DNA from: Microthyrium microscopicum
Lineage: Eukaryota
Direction: 5' to 3'
Assembly: GCA_010405405.1 (NCBI GenBank)
Contig: MU004233.1
Location: 499,067-563,066, forward strand
Length of the DNA stretch: 64,000 bases
Under the pieces are notes generated by a model. That model did not search any database. It saw nothing but the letters and a program-made list of their open reading frames with translations, and was not told the origin of the DNA. Within the stretch, counting starts at the first letter, position 1. Each line of letters starts with the position of its first letter. This document shows positions 35,754 through 46,951 of this stretch, piece by piece. A program made the translations under genes and the position numbers.

Positions 35754-36827
35754 TTAGCTTGCCACCGAATCAGCAGTAACTGGCTCCATTGGATTCACGC
35801 TATCCTTCCCAGTGTGTTTGACCCAGATATTGAAGCCTAGGTTTTGTAGGCTGTTCATTTTGGCTGTAAATTGGATGGTGTTGAATTTTACCGTCAAGGT
35901 TTCCTGTATTCGATTAGGCGAGCCACGATTCATCATCGTGTCACCAATACCCTCAAACAAGTATCTGATGGGAGCATTCAATACTTTCTGGTAGGAATAC
36001 CAACCATTCTCATAAGCAATTCCGTGGCCTTCAATGTCAGGGAATTGAAACCCCTGAAAGTCAAGAATCAAATGTTTGAATTTGGGAGCATTGTCATGAT
36101 CATGCCCCTCGAAATCGAGGTTCCAGAATTTCATATGATACCAGACTTCCACATAGCAAACTCTGAGCATTTGGATCAGGACTCTTTTGCCACTTAGTGG
36201 CTGATCCATGTTCTGGTGTACTTCGATATCGTCGGGGCCAAAGAAATCAAGATGATACTTTTCGAACAGCTTGGACTTCTTCTCTGTCCGTAAGATGTGT
36301 AATGCCGCTGGTTGAAGTCGAACATCAATGGTCAAGGATTCATAGACAGCGTTATTCGACAAATCCAGTGGGCGAGGTACTTGTGTCCACGTTAGGCGAA
36401 ACCGGTACTGATTCGGTGTCTTTGTTTGCAGTCCAGTTAGAAAAGTGGCTCGAAAATGCAAAGGGGTTTTGTCGACAGTTCGGAGATTAGCAAAGCCGTT
36501 CACCGGGTCTGTCAATGGCTTTCTCAGGATGAAGCGATTGAGAATCGCTGACATTTCTTTCGACGTGTGTCTAAGAATAGTCTCGTTCGACAATGGCTTG
36601 TTTGTTATGATGGTAAGCCGACCAGGCCACTCGGGCCAGTATTCAAGGTGCGTCGTTGCTGTTATACCTTCGTTGTTGATGGATTCTTCCAGAATTTGGA
36701 TCTTGATTTCCATGGGAAGATCATCCCAGTACAATCCTGGAAGACGGGCATGTTCTGCGACTGTTGGTAGTTCTTTTGGGTAGATCTCGGTGAGGTGTGG
36801 GCTGGTTGTTTGCTCAGACGTAGCCAT
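35754..36827 (-). CDS. Hypothetical protein with F-box-like N-terminal motif (paralogue B)
   Basis: 357-aa ATG ORF containing WDDLPMEIKIQILE. It shares SNETILR.TSKE, RLTWT, YESLTID, KFK.LI and IQ.TLT..F with paralogue A. Confidence 0.7.
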   Translation of the reverse strand: MATSEQTTSPHLTEIYPKELPTVAEHARLPGLYWDDLPMEIKIQILEESINNEGITATTHLEYWPEWPGRLTIITNKPLSNETILRHTSKEMSAILNRFILRKPLTDPVNGFANLRTVDKTPLHFRATFLTGLQTKTPNQYRFRLTWTQVPRPLDLSNNAVYESLTIDVRLQPAALHILRTEKKSKLFEKYHLDFFGPDDIEVHQNMDQPLSGKRVLIQMLRVCYVEVWYHMKFWNLDFEGHDHDNAPKFKHLILDFQGFQFPDIEGHGIAYENGWYSYQKVLNAPIRYLFEGIGDTMMNRGSPNRIQETLTVKFNTIQFTAKMNSLQNLGFNIWVKHTGKDSVNPMEPVTADSVAS

Positions 36828-37141
36828 TTTGCTCTCGAGTTCCGTCCGATGAGCTTAGTTTGTGATAAAGGCTGCGAGTTCTGGCGTATGTAGAATTGCG
36901 ATAAATTATAGGAATCTCTGGCGCAGAATGGATGAAGGGTAGTGTCGAGACAGTTTGGACTCTGAGGGCGGACGAAGGTGTTGGGATGAAGACGGCAGTT
37001 TTGTTAAGCCCCAGGGCTTTAGTGTAATGTTAGTTGCTCTTGGTAGTGACCGCAGATCTAAGCGGTGACTATGAATGCGCTAAGCTGGATTCAAGGATCT
37101 TGAGGTGAAGCTCACTAGAAGGTGACTGAACAGAGTTTCAT

Positions 37142-37220
37142 TATACCTACCAGACACCTCACGCGAAACTAAGCTATCTAGTATTGGTTATCGCTGATCT
37201 TAGGCCTCTCTTCTAAAGGT
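37142..37220 (+). repeat. 79-bp direct repeat, copy A
   Basis: Aligns without gaps to 42762-42840 with 9 mismatches (manual count). Confidence 0.9.
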
Positions 37221-37735
37221 TGCCGTCACGGCTGCGATTATGTTCAAGGAGAACTTCTGGCTTTATTGACGCGGAGAAAATAGAGTGTGAAACAGACAAA
37301 ATGTAGCGTCAGAAACCTCAAAGACATCCGACCCAGCAGTAGTCGGCACAAGCCGGAAGTTCTGCGACCACACAGCGCATTTCGAAGTTGCTACTATAAG
37401 GCTGATCATGGTAGGATATGATTGGCTGATAGTCACTGCTTGAGATTCCCGCCTCGGTGTTAGTTTCGCCCATCTACATCTTTGATTGCCTCGACGCCAA
37501 ATTGCTCCATTTTGTGTCATCTTTATCGATGAGCTAGTCTAGTTGTTGATCGTTAGCCATGGCAAGGCATGGGTTATCACACCTATGACGATTCGGATGG
37601 ACCCTGGCATACATTGACCGATGCAATCATTATGACTTCATTACAAACAACTGAGAGATTACACCATTGAATATTCTTCGCGCTCAGTTTTCATCATCAA
37701 TCCAAAAACCTTAGGCGTGTATCAAGTGGGTGATA

Positions 37736-39469
37736 ATGTCGAACGTGAGTGGTTAAGCATTCAATACAATAGACGTCAAGCTGATACCACATTACAGTCT
37801 ACAGAACCTCCAGTATATACTCTCGCAGAGGGTAGACCTGTTCAAGATCCAACTTCTTCCGTTGTTCTTCGGGGCCCAAAAGTTCGAGGTGGCGGAGTCT
37901 CATTGCTGGAAGACACCCAACTTATCGAGACATTGGCACATTTTCCGCGCGAAAGAATCCCCGAAAGGTACGGCCCTTTGAAACCTATTTCATGCAACTT
38001 GCTAATCGAGGTCAGAGTCGTTCACGCAAAGGCTGCTGGCGCATGGGGAGAATTTGAATGCACTCATGATATCACTGACTGGTGCTCTGCTGCTCCTTTT
38101 CAAAAGGTCGGTAAGAAAACACAGGTTCTGGCACGAATCTCAACCGTTGCCGGTGAAAAGGGCTCTTCAGATACCGCGCGAGACATTCGTGGATTCGCAC
38201 TGAAGTTCAAAACTGAAGAAGGGAACTGGGACTTTGTTGGCAATGACCTTCCTGTATTCTTCATTCGAGATCCAACCAAGTTCCCATCTCTCAACAGATC
38301 CCACAAACGCCATCCTCAAACTGGTGTAGCAGACATGTCCATGTTCTGGGATTTCCACAACAACAATCAAGAGGGTGCACATTGTTTGATGCAACTTTTC
38401 GGCGGTCGAGGTGTTCCTGCGTCGCTGCGCAACATCAATGGCTTTGGTAATCATACCTTCAAATTCGGCAAACCAGAGGATGGTTCCTTCAAATATGTCA
38501 AGATTCATTTCAAGCCTGATGCTGGCGTCAAAAATTTATCTCAAGCAGAAGCTGTTCGCCTGGCTGGTGAAGAGCCCGATTACCACGTCAAAGACATGTT
38601 CAACGCCATCGAACGAGGTGAATATCCTTCTTGGACTCTGAACCTTCAAGTCATGGATCCAAAAGATGCAGAGACATACAAATGGAACATCTTTGACATA
38701 ACCAAGATCTGGCCACACAGTGATTACCCTCTAATTCCAGTTGGCAAACTCACACTCAACAAAAATCCCGAAAATCATTTTCAGGACATTGAACAAGCGG
38801 CTTTTTCGCCATCAAACCTGATACCAGGAATTGGTCCATCTGCAGATATCATGCTACAAGCCCGTATGTTCAGTTATCCAGATGCTGCACGATATCGTGT
38901 TGGACCCAATTATCAGCAATTGGACTGCAACAGAGCACTAAATGTATATTCTCCATATCAAAGGGACGGACCGATGCGTATGGACGGAAATTACGGATCT
39001 GATCCGGATTACGGTACCCAGTTCTTCAAACCCCCTGACACCCTTTTACTGACCCTATCACAGTTCGTTCATCTTTCCGCAAGATCAAAAGCGGTCCAGC
39101 AGATGTTGCCCACGATGAATGGGTTGGCACCGTCCAAGGGTATTCATCAGAAGTGACGGACGAGGACTGGGAACAACCTCGTAACCTCTGGGAGTTGTTC
39201 AAAAAATCCGGCGAAGATAAAGAGTTTTTGAGCAATCTGTCGGGACATGTTAACAAAGCCCTGCCGGAAGTCAAAGAAGACACAATCAGTGAGTATCATC
39301 CTGCAACAAAAAGTCAAGCATTGTACTGAGAAAAGTACCAGAATCCTGGGGTAACGTAAGTGAAGAAATTAGCAAACGACTCGAAGAGGCCTTGGATAAA
39401 CTTGATGGAAATCCAGACCACAGTAAGGTGCCGCCAAGTCAGGCTGCTTTGGCCACGAATAGGAAATGA
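37736..39469 (+). CDS. Monofunctional heme catalase (small-subunit type)
   Basis: [22 protein letters not shown] (distal His), RISTVAGEKGS.DTARD.RGFALKF, WDFVGN.LPVFFIRDP.KFP and QARMFSYPDA.RYR (proximal Tyr). Predicted introns near 37745-37797, 37968-38015, 39015-39063 and 39289-39341. Confidence 0.93.
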
Positions 39470-39966
39470 TCATGAACAATCGACCTGCTAGGAATACAAG
39501 CAACTCACACAAGCATCAATGTCCCTTTGAACAGTTACCCTATACAATCTTTTTCTAAGCAATCAACTCTTTTACTCCCCAAGACTCCCATCTACCCAGT
39601 GCACCTCTAAATACTCACTACCTAAGAAAATACAGTCAGATCCTTGACTGTGTAATGTTATGGATAGCTGTTGCTCAAAGTCCTTGGTAATCGCAAAAAA
39701 ATGACCTGTTCACAATGAAAATAACGTGTGCATCTCATTAGTGACGGACATGTTACTTCAATTTTTCAACTTTATTTCTAACTGAAAGATTTAATTTGAT
39801 ATCCTGGATTGCAAGTCATTCTGTTTGGTCTTATGGCGAAGATTTACATGATAGCTCTTCGGATCGCGTTGTTAAAACGGTTTCTACGGATTATCGTTAC
39901 TTTGGGGTAACATGTTACCTTCGTTTCGTAGCAGAATCGAGACATTCGGCTACCAATCATCGCATC

Positions 39967-41834
39967 TCAATCCTCCAAATCTCTTGAATCATATTCATTT
40001 TCTGCATCGCGAGGATCGTGCTGCTTCCAGTAGTTTTCGTAGTCATCCCAGCTTTGGATCTGCCATTCTGTAGGATTGGTGATTGGAGCAAATGGCACAC
40101 CACGATCTTCGTATTCCTTAAGTCGTTTCGCTGTGGTGGGTTTCGTTTTATTGACACTGTAGATATTGATGCGGTGAGCGCTACTTGTGACATGCAGCCC
40201 CCAATTCCAACTGGATCGCACAGTCAGAGGTTGAGTGTTGAGAGAGTTATCCCAACAACGACAAACAACTTCAATCCAGCCTTCCACATCACACGGTATG
40301 TCGATCTCCCAAGTACGCCAGGCGTATTTGTACTTCTTGGACATATTTTCGGGTGGGACGGGATACCAGTTCTGTCCACCATCAGTGGAAACTTCAACTC
40401 TCTCAGGCCATCTTCCTCCTCCAGAATATGCCCAGCCTTTACACTTAATGACTCCATTGTGTACAACAACTTGCTTGGTCCAGGGAGACATGATAGCGGA
40501 GCTGACAGGCATCTCCTGGATCTGGATACCATCGGTCATTCGTTGATTGTGCTTTCCAACTTGTTGGTTGAAGTAGAGGTACTCTTGTGACTGAACCGGG
40601 GCTCTGGACGGATTCTCGATCGCTTTGATCCGATAAAGCCACTTTACGCTTCGAGCACCAATGTATCCCATGACAACAACTCGTAGTGGGTAACCATGTA
40701 TCTTTGGCAGAGGTTCTCCATTCATCTCCCAAGCCAAAATCACTTCATTCGCTCTTACTTTCGACCAAGGCACGCTCACCACATAGTTCATGACTTGATT
40801 TTTCTTGAAGTAGGTGTCAGCTCCATAGAACTCAAAGTGTTTACCACCGTTGACAAGCCCGCCGCATGCTTTAATAACCTTCTTCAGGCTAACGCCTACG
40901 TAACGAGCAGTTCCAATAGCGCCTTTGCAGTTGTCAGCAAGCATATACTAACTTCAGTTTCAGTCATATACCTTCTGCCCATGGAGCATTAATCATTTCA
41001 TCTCCTTCACCAGCATACAAAGAAATTTGTTCCACTCGACGGGTTCCAGAACATTGAATGGTCACGGTTTTCTCGATCCTTGGAAACTTATTCTCATCTT
41101 GCAAATCTTTCAAGGTGAATGTTTTTGGGTTTGCAACGAGGCCGTCCAACGACAATTCAAACTTCTGACTATCGATGATGGGAATGCCGCCATGATTCCT
41201 TACAAAATGTAGGGGATTGGGTGTCATAGGTTCGGCAGTGACAAGTCTTTTTGGTGGTTCGCCGTTGTAAGGAAACTGTAAAAGATGAAGCATATCAGGG
41301 TGTTTTTCCTTGACGATAATCTCCCATGAATCTTCCGGTACAGTACCCAAAGCACCGCCGATAGCATAATGCCACATCTTCCAGCGAATACCTTCCAGAA
41401 CAGGATTTGTCTCGGGAATTGGTCCCATTTGGAACTCTGGTGGTGGTGGAAACTGCAACCTCAAATCAATACACTACCAATCTACTGGAAGTGAACTGCA
41501 TACGTTTTGTGAGGTCAAAATCTTATGTGCTTTAGCCTTTTTGTCCGGATACTTTTCCCATTCAACGTAACTAAAATCACCGCGTTAGACTTCTTCTATT
41601 GTAAAATCTAGATCGTGTATCGTTCACTCACCCTTTCCAACCATCAAGCTCTTCTGCGAAGAGTTGATCAAGGTCGCCAACAGCTGATATCGCAGCCTCA
41701 TCTTTCCATTTCTTGAATTCTCCTTGAGGAGCAATCATACGAGGTTCCGGTCCAGTCTGATCAAGAACAGGCAATTGTCCTCCTGAAAACCCTTGCTCAA
41801 TCTTCCATTCATCAGGGCGGTTTTTCAAGTCCAT
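39967..41834 (-). CDS. Sulfite oxidase-family molybdopterin oxidoreductase (Moco plus dimerisation domains; no cytochrome b5 domain seen)
   Basis: HFVRNHGGIP, TIQCSGTRR (Mo-ligating Cys), EMNGEPLPKIHGYPLRVVVMGYIGARSVKWL, QEMPVSSAI and GWAYSGGGR..ERVEVS.DGG. Three predicted introns near 41570-41631, 41457-41503 and 40930-40970. Confidence 0.88.
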
Positions 41835-42397
41835 TTTGAGCTCCGCTGGATCACTGCAAATTGTGCAAATTATCAGGATCGATGACTGGTCAAGGTAATT
41901 CAAGCTCACAGAGTCAACAGAAAAAGTTGTACCTAGTAAGCAGCTGGAGGAAAGGAATGTGACTGATGATTGAACCCCCTTCTACGTTTTACAGTTACAT
42001 GTCAACGTCATTGGTACTATGTATTGTGGGTCGACCTCAACCCTGCCATAACGAGACCTCGGATGATTCAAAGATAAGTACACAGTCATGATTACCCAAG
42101 CAATTATCAGCCTGGACTAAAGCCTGATGATTTACGATTAGGAAGAACTCTAAATTTGCTGGAGAAGGCTGATGTCTGTCAACACCGTGGCTCCCAAGTC
42201 TTTAAGCTCAGCCTTGCTATTACCTGCGTACGACTTTGGCTCAGACGCATCAATGCTGACGACTCCCCAGATATTCCAGCTAGTTAACATATCTTTTCAA
42301 CGTCACATACGGGCTTAACAGTATTCGAAATTTGCACCGGGATTACTACAGATTTTCTTGTCAACGACCCAGAGTGAACCCTACATCCAATTCAGAT

Positions 42398-42766
42398 CTA
42401 AGAACTGGGAAACACTAAACCCTCAAACTCTTCATCAACAACAACAACAACAAGTGCACCTAATCCACCTTCTTCAACAACTTTCGTCTCCACAACAAAA
42501 GTAACAAGAATAAGATAATCTTCCGTCTCGCTGGCATTGGCGCTGACTCTATGATGGCAGCCAGGGGCTTCATACCATGTTTCTCCCTCCGTGAGCAGCT
42601 GAGTAGGTGAGTCGTTCATTTTGTTGTAGCCGCTGTCTTGGAGGGTTACAGCTGTAACGGAGGCACCTCCATGAAGATGAGGTGGAGAAGATGCACCTGG
42701 GCTAAAGAACACTTGGAGGCCAATGATTGAAAAGCCTGGAACATTCTTGAGGGCGTTTGTGTATAT
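42398..42766 (-). pseudogene. Cupin-domain protein, apparently 5'-truncated
   Basis: NVPGFSIIGLQVFFSPGASSPPHLHGGASV and GETWYEAPGCHHRVSAN are cupin motifs. The frame is open upstream to a TAG inside the repeat at about 42767 with no ATG; an upstream intron cannot be excluded. Confidence 0.6.
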
Positions 42767-42840
42767 CTACCAGACACCTCACGCGAAACCAAGCTGTCTG
42801 GGATTGGTTATCGTTGATATCAGGCCTCTCTTCTAAAAGT
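42762..42840 (+). repeat. 79-bp direct repeat, copy B
   Basis: Ungapped match to 37142-37220. Confidence 0.9.
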
Positions 42841-43159
42841 GATTCATGGGCTCTTTTTTGTTATATATTGCTTTCTTGCACGCGGCTTGAGCAGAAAACC
42901 TGTGGAGCACGCTGAAACTTGCTTTGCAGTACTCCAGGACGATTTATGTATAACAAAAATGCAATATGTTTAGCAAACATGTTTGCAATTCGTTTGATCT
43001 ATTGCGCAACTCGACTTCTACTAATAGGTTTTACGGAAGATGCCCGTTTTAGCAATATAATATCCAGGGTTTATCTGCCTCTCGTGAATCCATTTGCTAT
43101 GAGGCTGAAGCCTGGTGGTCTGTGTACCTCATTTGTCGGGTGCAGAATTATTTTCCCTC

Positions 43160-43630
43160 CGTGCACGGGCCTTTTAAAAAAGACAGATCCAACACCTTAA
43201 ACTAAGTATACAACTCTCTTAACTTAAGGCTAAAATTGCTAAAGCCTAGCTTGTTAGATATAGAATATCAAATAATGCATCCTTGTAGGCTATTACTTAT
43301 TTATTTACGTTATTAGGTGAGCATATCTAGCTTGAAAGTAGTCAAAAAGGTAAAGCCAAAGACTTAAGAATGTAAATAAGGCTGCTAAGCCTTGCTAAGC
43401 CTTTAGATCAAATCTTAAGTTGTTAAGCTTTCTAGACGTTTATTAAGTCTGCTCTATTACTATTAATCTTTAAAGACTCTAGGCTACTAAGAAAGATACA
43501 TATTCTTAAGATATCTTATCTTATAAAAGGTTAATTTTAATTAGATTTGTAGTCATAACGTAGACGTAGTTATTACTCTAAATCTAACTTTAAGATATTA
43601 GATCTTTTTTTTTTAAAAGGCCTATGTACG
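43160..43630. mobile_element. MITE-like non-autonomous element (~470 bp) with ~40-bp terminal inverted repeats
   Basis: Left CGTGCACGGGCCTTTTAAAAAAGACAGATCCAACACCTTAA versus reverse complement of the right end CGTACATAGGCCTTTTAAAAAAAAAAGATCTAATATCTTAA. Differences are mostly C>T and G>A. No convincing TSD. Confidence 0.7.
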
Positions 43631-44642
43631 TTATCTTACTTAGTTAGACTTATAGTAAAATTATAGCGTTTACTAGTATATATAAGGGTATATTCTAGCT
43701 AATTAGAGCTTATTCTACTCCCTCTAACTTTTTACTATAATATTTAAGCAACTCTTATAGATATTTATTAGTATCTTAGCTTAACTTTTTAGCTTTACTT
43801 GCCTATAATAAGTTTTCTTATAAAATAGGCGCGTAAATTCCTAAATCTACTAAAAAGAAATTATATAGAATTAACTATACTTTTAAATAAATATATTTTT
43901 AAGCTACTAACGCTTCTAATTATTTTAGTAATATAATTCCTATATAATAAAAAAAATTGCTAGCTTAGTTAACTTTTACCCTTCTTTGCTAACTATTAAT
44001 TATATAATAATAATATAATTTTATTACTTTAAAATACTATATAATACTTTATAATTAGCTATTCTATTACCTTGTATATTTGTTTTTATTATAAAATAGT
44101 ATAGTTATAGATTCTTATTTATCTTTTAGTTAATCTTATATTTAGTTAGACTAGGCCTTCTTTTTATTAAGACTTCTTACTACTATCTCTATCTTACTTA
44201 TATAAGTATCTCTATAAGTCTTTATGAGTTCCTAAATAGCCTATATTTACTCTTTATTACTTTTTATATATTTAGTAGTATTCTTCTTAGTTATTTTTAT
44301 ACCTCTAGCTATATATTAAGCTTATATAAGTATCTTTATAAGACTTTTCTAGTTTCTTACCTACTCTTTATAATAAATTAGTAGCTCTAGTAAAGAGTAA
44401 ATAAAGGACTAGGAGGGTCTTATGTAAAGAGTAAGCTCTAGTATTTAGGTAGCTTTAATATTTTTACGTCTTTAGTACTTTAGTACTAAATAACTATATA
44501 AAAGTATTAGTAATATTTTTACTAGTTTTTATATTACTTAGTTTTATTAAGTAGGTTATAGTAGTAGTTTTGTTATAGCTAAGAAATCTTATAAGCTTAA
44601 AGATATAGCCCTTATTCTTCTTACTTTATTTTTTAGACTTAG

Positions 44643-44761
44643 TATTAGTATTTTAATACTATTAGTATTCTAATACTATTAGTATTTTAATACTATTAGG
44701 GTTCTAATACTTTTAGTATTCTAATATCTTTAGTATTCTAATACCTTTAGTATTTTAAGTA
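44643..44761. repeat. 17-bp tandem repeat (TATTAGTATTCTAATAC-like), about 7 copies
   Basis: Visible degenerate tandem units with period 17. Confidence 0.8.
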
Positions 44762-45279
44762 TCTTTAGAGAACTTACTTCTTTATAGATACTAATAGTAT
44801 ATTTAGCTTACGTAAGCATCTTTACGTAACTTAGTAGAACCTTTATACGCCTTTAGCTATTCTTTATACCTTTTTTTTAATTAGTTAGTATTATTTATAA
44901 GTTAGTAAGTATAATAGTTAGATATAGGTTATTATATAGTATACCTTAGTAATAATACTAATATTATCTTTATAGTATTATAAGTAAAAGGAAGAACTAA
45001 ATAGACTAATATCTTTAGACTTTAAAACTAAGACTAAGACTACTATAATCTTAGTACTTATAATTACTATAATAGGATTAGCCTAATTACTTATTCTTAT
45101 AATTGCCTAAACCTTATCTCTTTTAGAAATCTAAGAAGTTACTTAAAGTTATATATATTACTCTATAACTAGGATTAGTTAATGCTATTTACGCTCTTAT
45201 ATAATTTATTTAAATCTAGCTATTAGCTAAAATATAAGAGTATATATTATAATTATACTTATAGAAGTTAACTAGCTAT

Positions 45280-46450
45280 AACCCTTATTCTAAATAAGTT
45301 AAGGCCTTAAGGTTTTTTATATATAGAGGTTATAATATCCTACTTATTACTTATACTAGATAAAGTAAAAGTTTAATATTATATAACTTTTCTATATTAA
45401 TAAAGAAGATTACCTTATAGTTAATTCCTATAAACTAATTAAGAAATAAATAATTTAATAGTATTTTAGCTATCTCTAAATCTAAGCCTATTATTATTTA
45501 TAGTAAGATAATAACCTAGTTAAAAGATATTACTACTAATATTATATCTAGTTAGTATACCTATATATTAATTTTATTAGAGACTACGTCTAGTAGGCTC
45601 TTCTATATTATATTAGGTAATTCTATTTTCTAGAATAGAATTAGAATAGTTACTATTAATAAATACTACTTAGTTAAATAGTAGTAGGATTTTAAGTCTT
45701 AGTTTATTATAATTTATAAGCTTTATATAATACTATACTAGGACGTTATATAGTTTAGTTATACTAGCACCCTAAGTTTATCTATATAATAATTTGTTCT
45801 TTATTATAGTAGATTTTAAGAAGAGGGACTATATAAATAATAAACTACTATTATACGCTCCTTTATTAACTATTAAGATATTATAATCTAGTTTAAGCCT
45901 ATACTTAAGTAAAGGTTAGTATCTTTTAATAGACTCTATTAAATTTTAAATACTATAGTTAACTCTAAAGCTAAGAAGGCTACCCTTAAGTTAATTAAAA
46001 AGATTATTATATATATTAATAGTAGGTTAAAGATCTATATAGTATTAAAATACTTTTAGGCTACTCTAGTTAGTTTAATTAAAGACTTTCTAGAAGATTA
46101 GTAGTATACTTATTTTAATAAAAATAGCGTACGTTATATTTATAACTTTATTTAAGAAATTACCTCTATTATTTTTAGCTATAATAAGATAGTTTAGTAC
46201 TAAGAGTTTAAGCTTCTAGGTTTGCTTTATTAAATTATAATTATAACTATAAGCCTAGGACTTAGTATTAATATATTAGATATTATATTAATTATTATTT
46301 AAGAGTTCCTAATACTATATAGTCTTATAAATCTATAGTAGTATATTAGTTATAGTAGGCGTAGTTATAGATTATTTAGTATTATTATAGTATTTCTCTT
46401 ATATTAGATATTTAATATATTTAGATAAGAATAACTTAATCTATAGAAAG
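45280..46450 (+). pseudogene. RIP-degraded RecQ-like SF2 helicase relic
   Basis: In one frame starting at 45301: LLITYTR*SKSLI (reverts to LLIARTGWGKSLI, motif I, 45355-45372), LIPIN*LRNK* (Ia), VTINKYYLVK***DF (reverts to VAIDECHLVKQW.DF, motif II, 45655-45669) and *FSYTSTL (motif III, about 45750-45774). The reversions need only A>G and T>C changes. Boundaries approximate. Confidence 0.7.
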
Positions 46451-46951
46451 ATATTTAGATAAGTTTACTAACTATTTAATCTATTTAGGTTATATCCTCT
46501 TTATATAGAACTTAAAATTNNNNNNNNNNTAAGAAGCTAATATACTACTAGATAGTATATCTAGTTTAATTCCTCTATTCTAGTTTAGAGCTAAGGTTAA
46601 AACCTATAGTAAAGTCTTATATAAATAGTTTATTATTATAAATTATTTATACTATTTCTAGAGAGCTATTCTTTATAAGCTAGATAAATTCCTACTCTAG
46701 ATAATAGATTATAATCCTATACTAATTTTAAGGTATTATAATAAATATTATTTAGATAAGTTTTATAAATTAGTTTAGCTAGCGCTTTTACTATATAAGT
46801 AAGCTCTAAATAAGAATAGTTATAAAGCTATTATAAGAATATAATTATAGGTCTAGTCCTTAGTAGTAGAAAAGGCTATATATATAAAGGATAATTATAA
46901 GAGTAAATATCCTTAAGGTAAGGACTAGTTACTAAATAATAATTTAATTAA

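Noticed and set aside
31131..41834. PRX1, catalase and oxidase as one oxidative-stress cluster
   Set aside because: PRX1 is a housekeeping-type gene lying outside the direct-repeat-bracketed block and separated by unrelated genes; proximity alone is insufficient.
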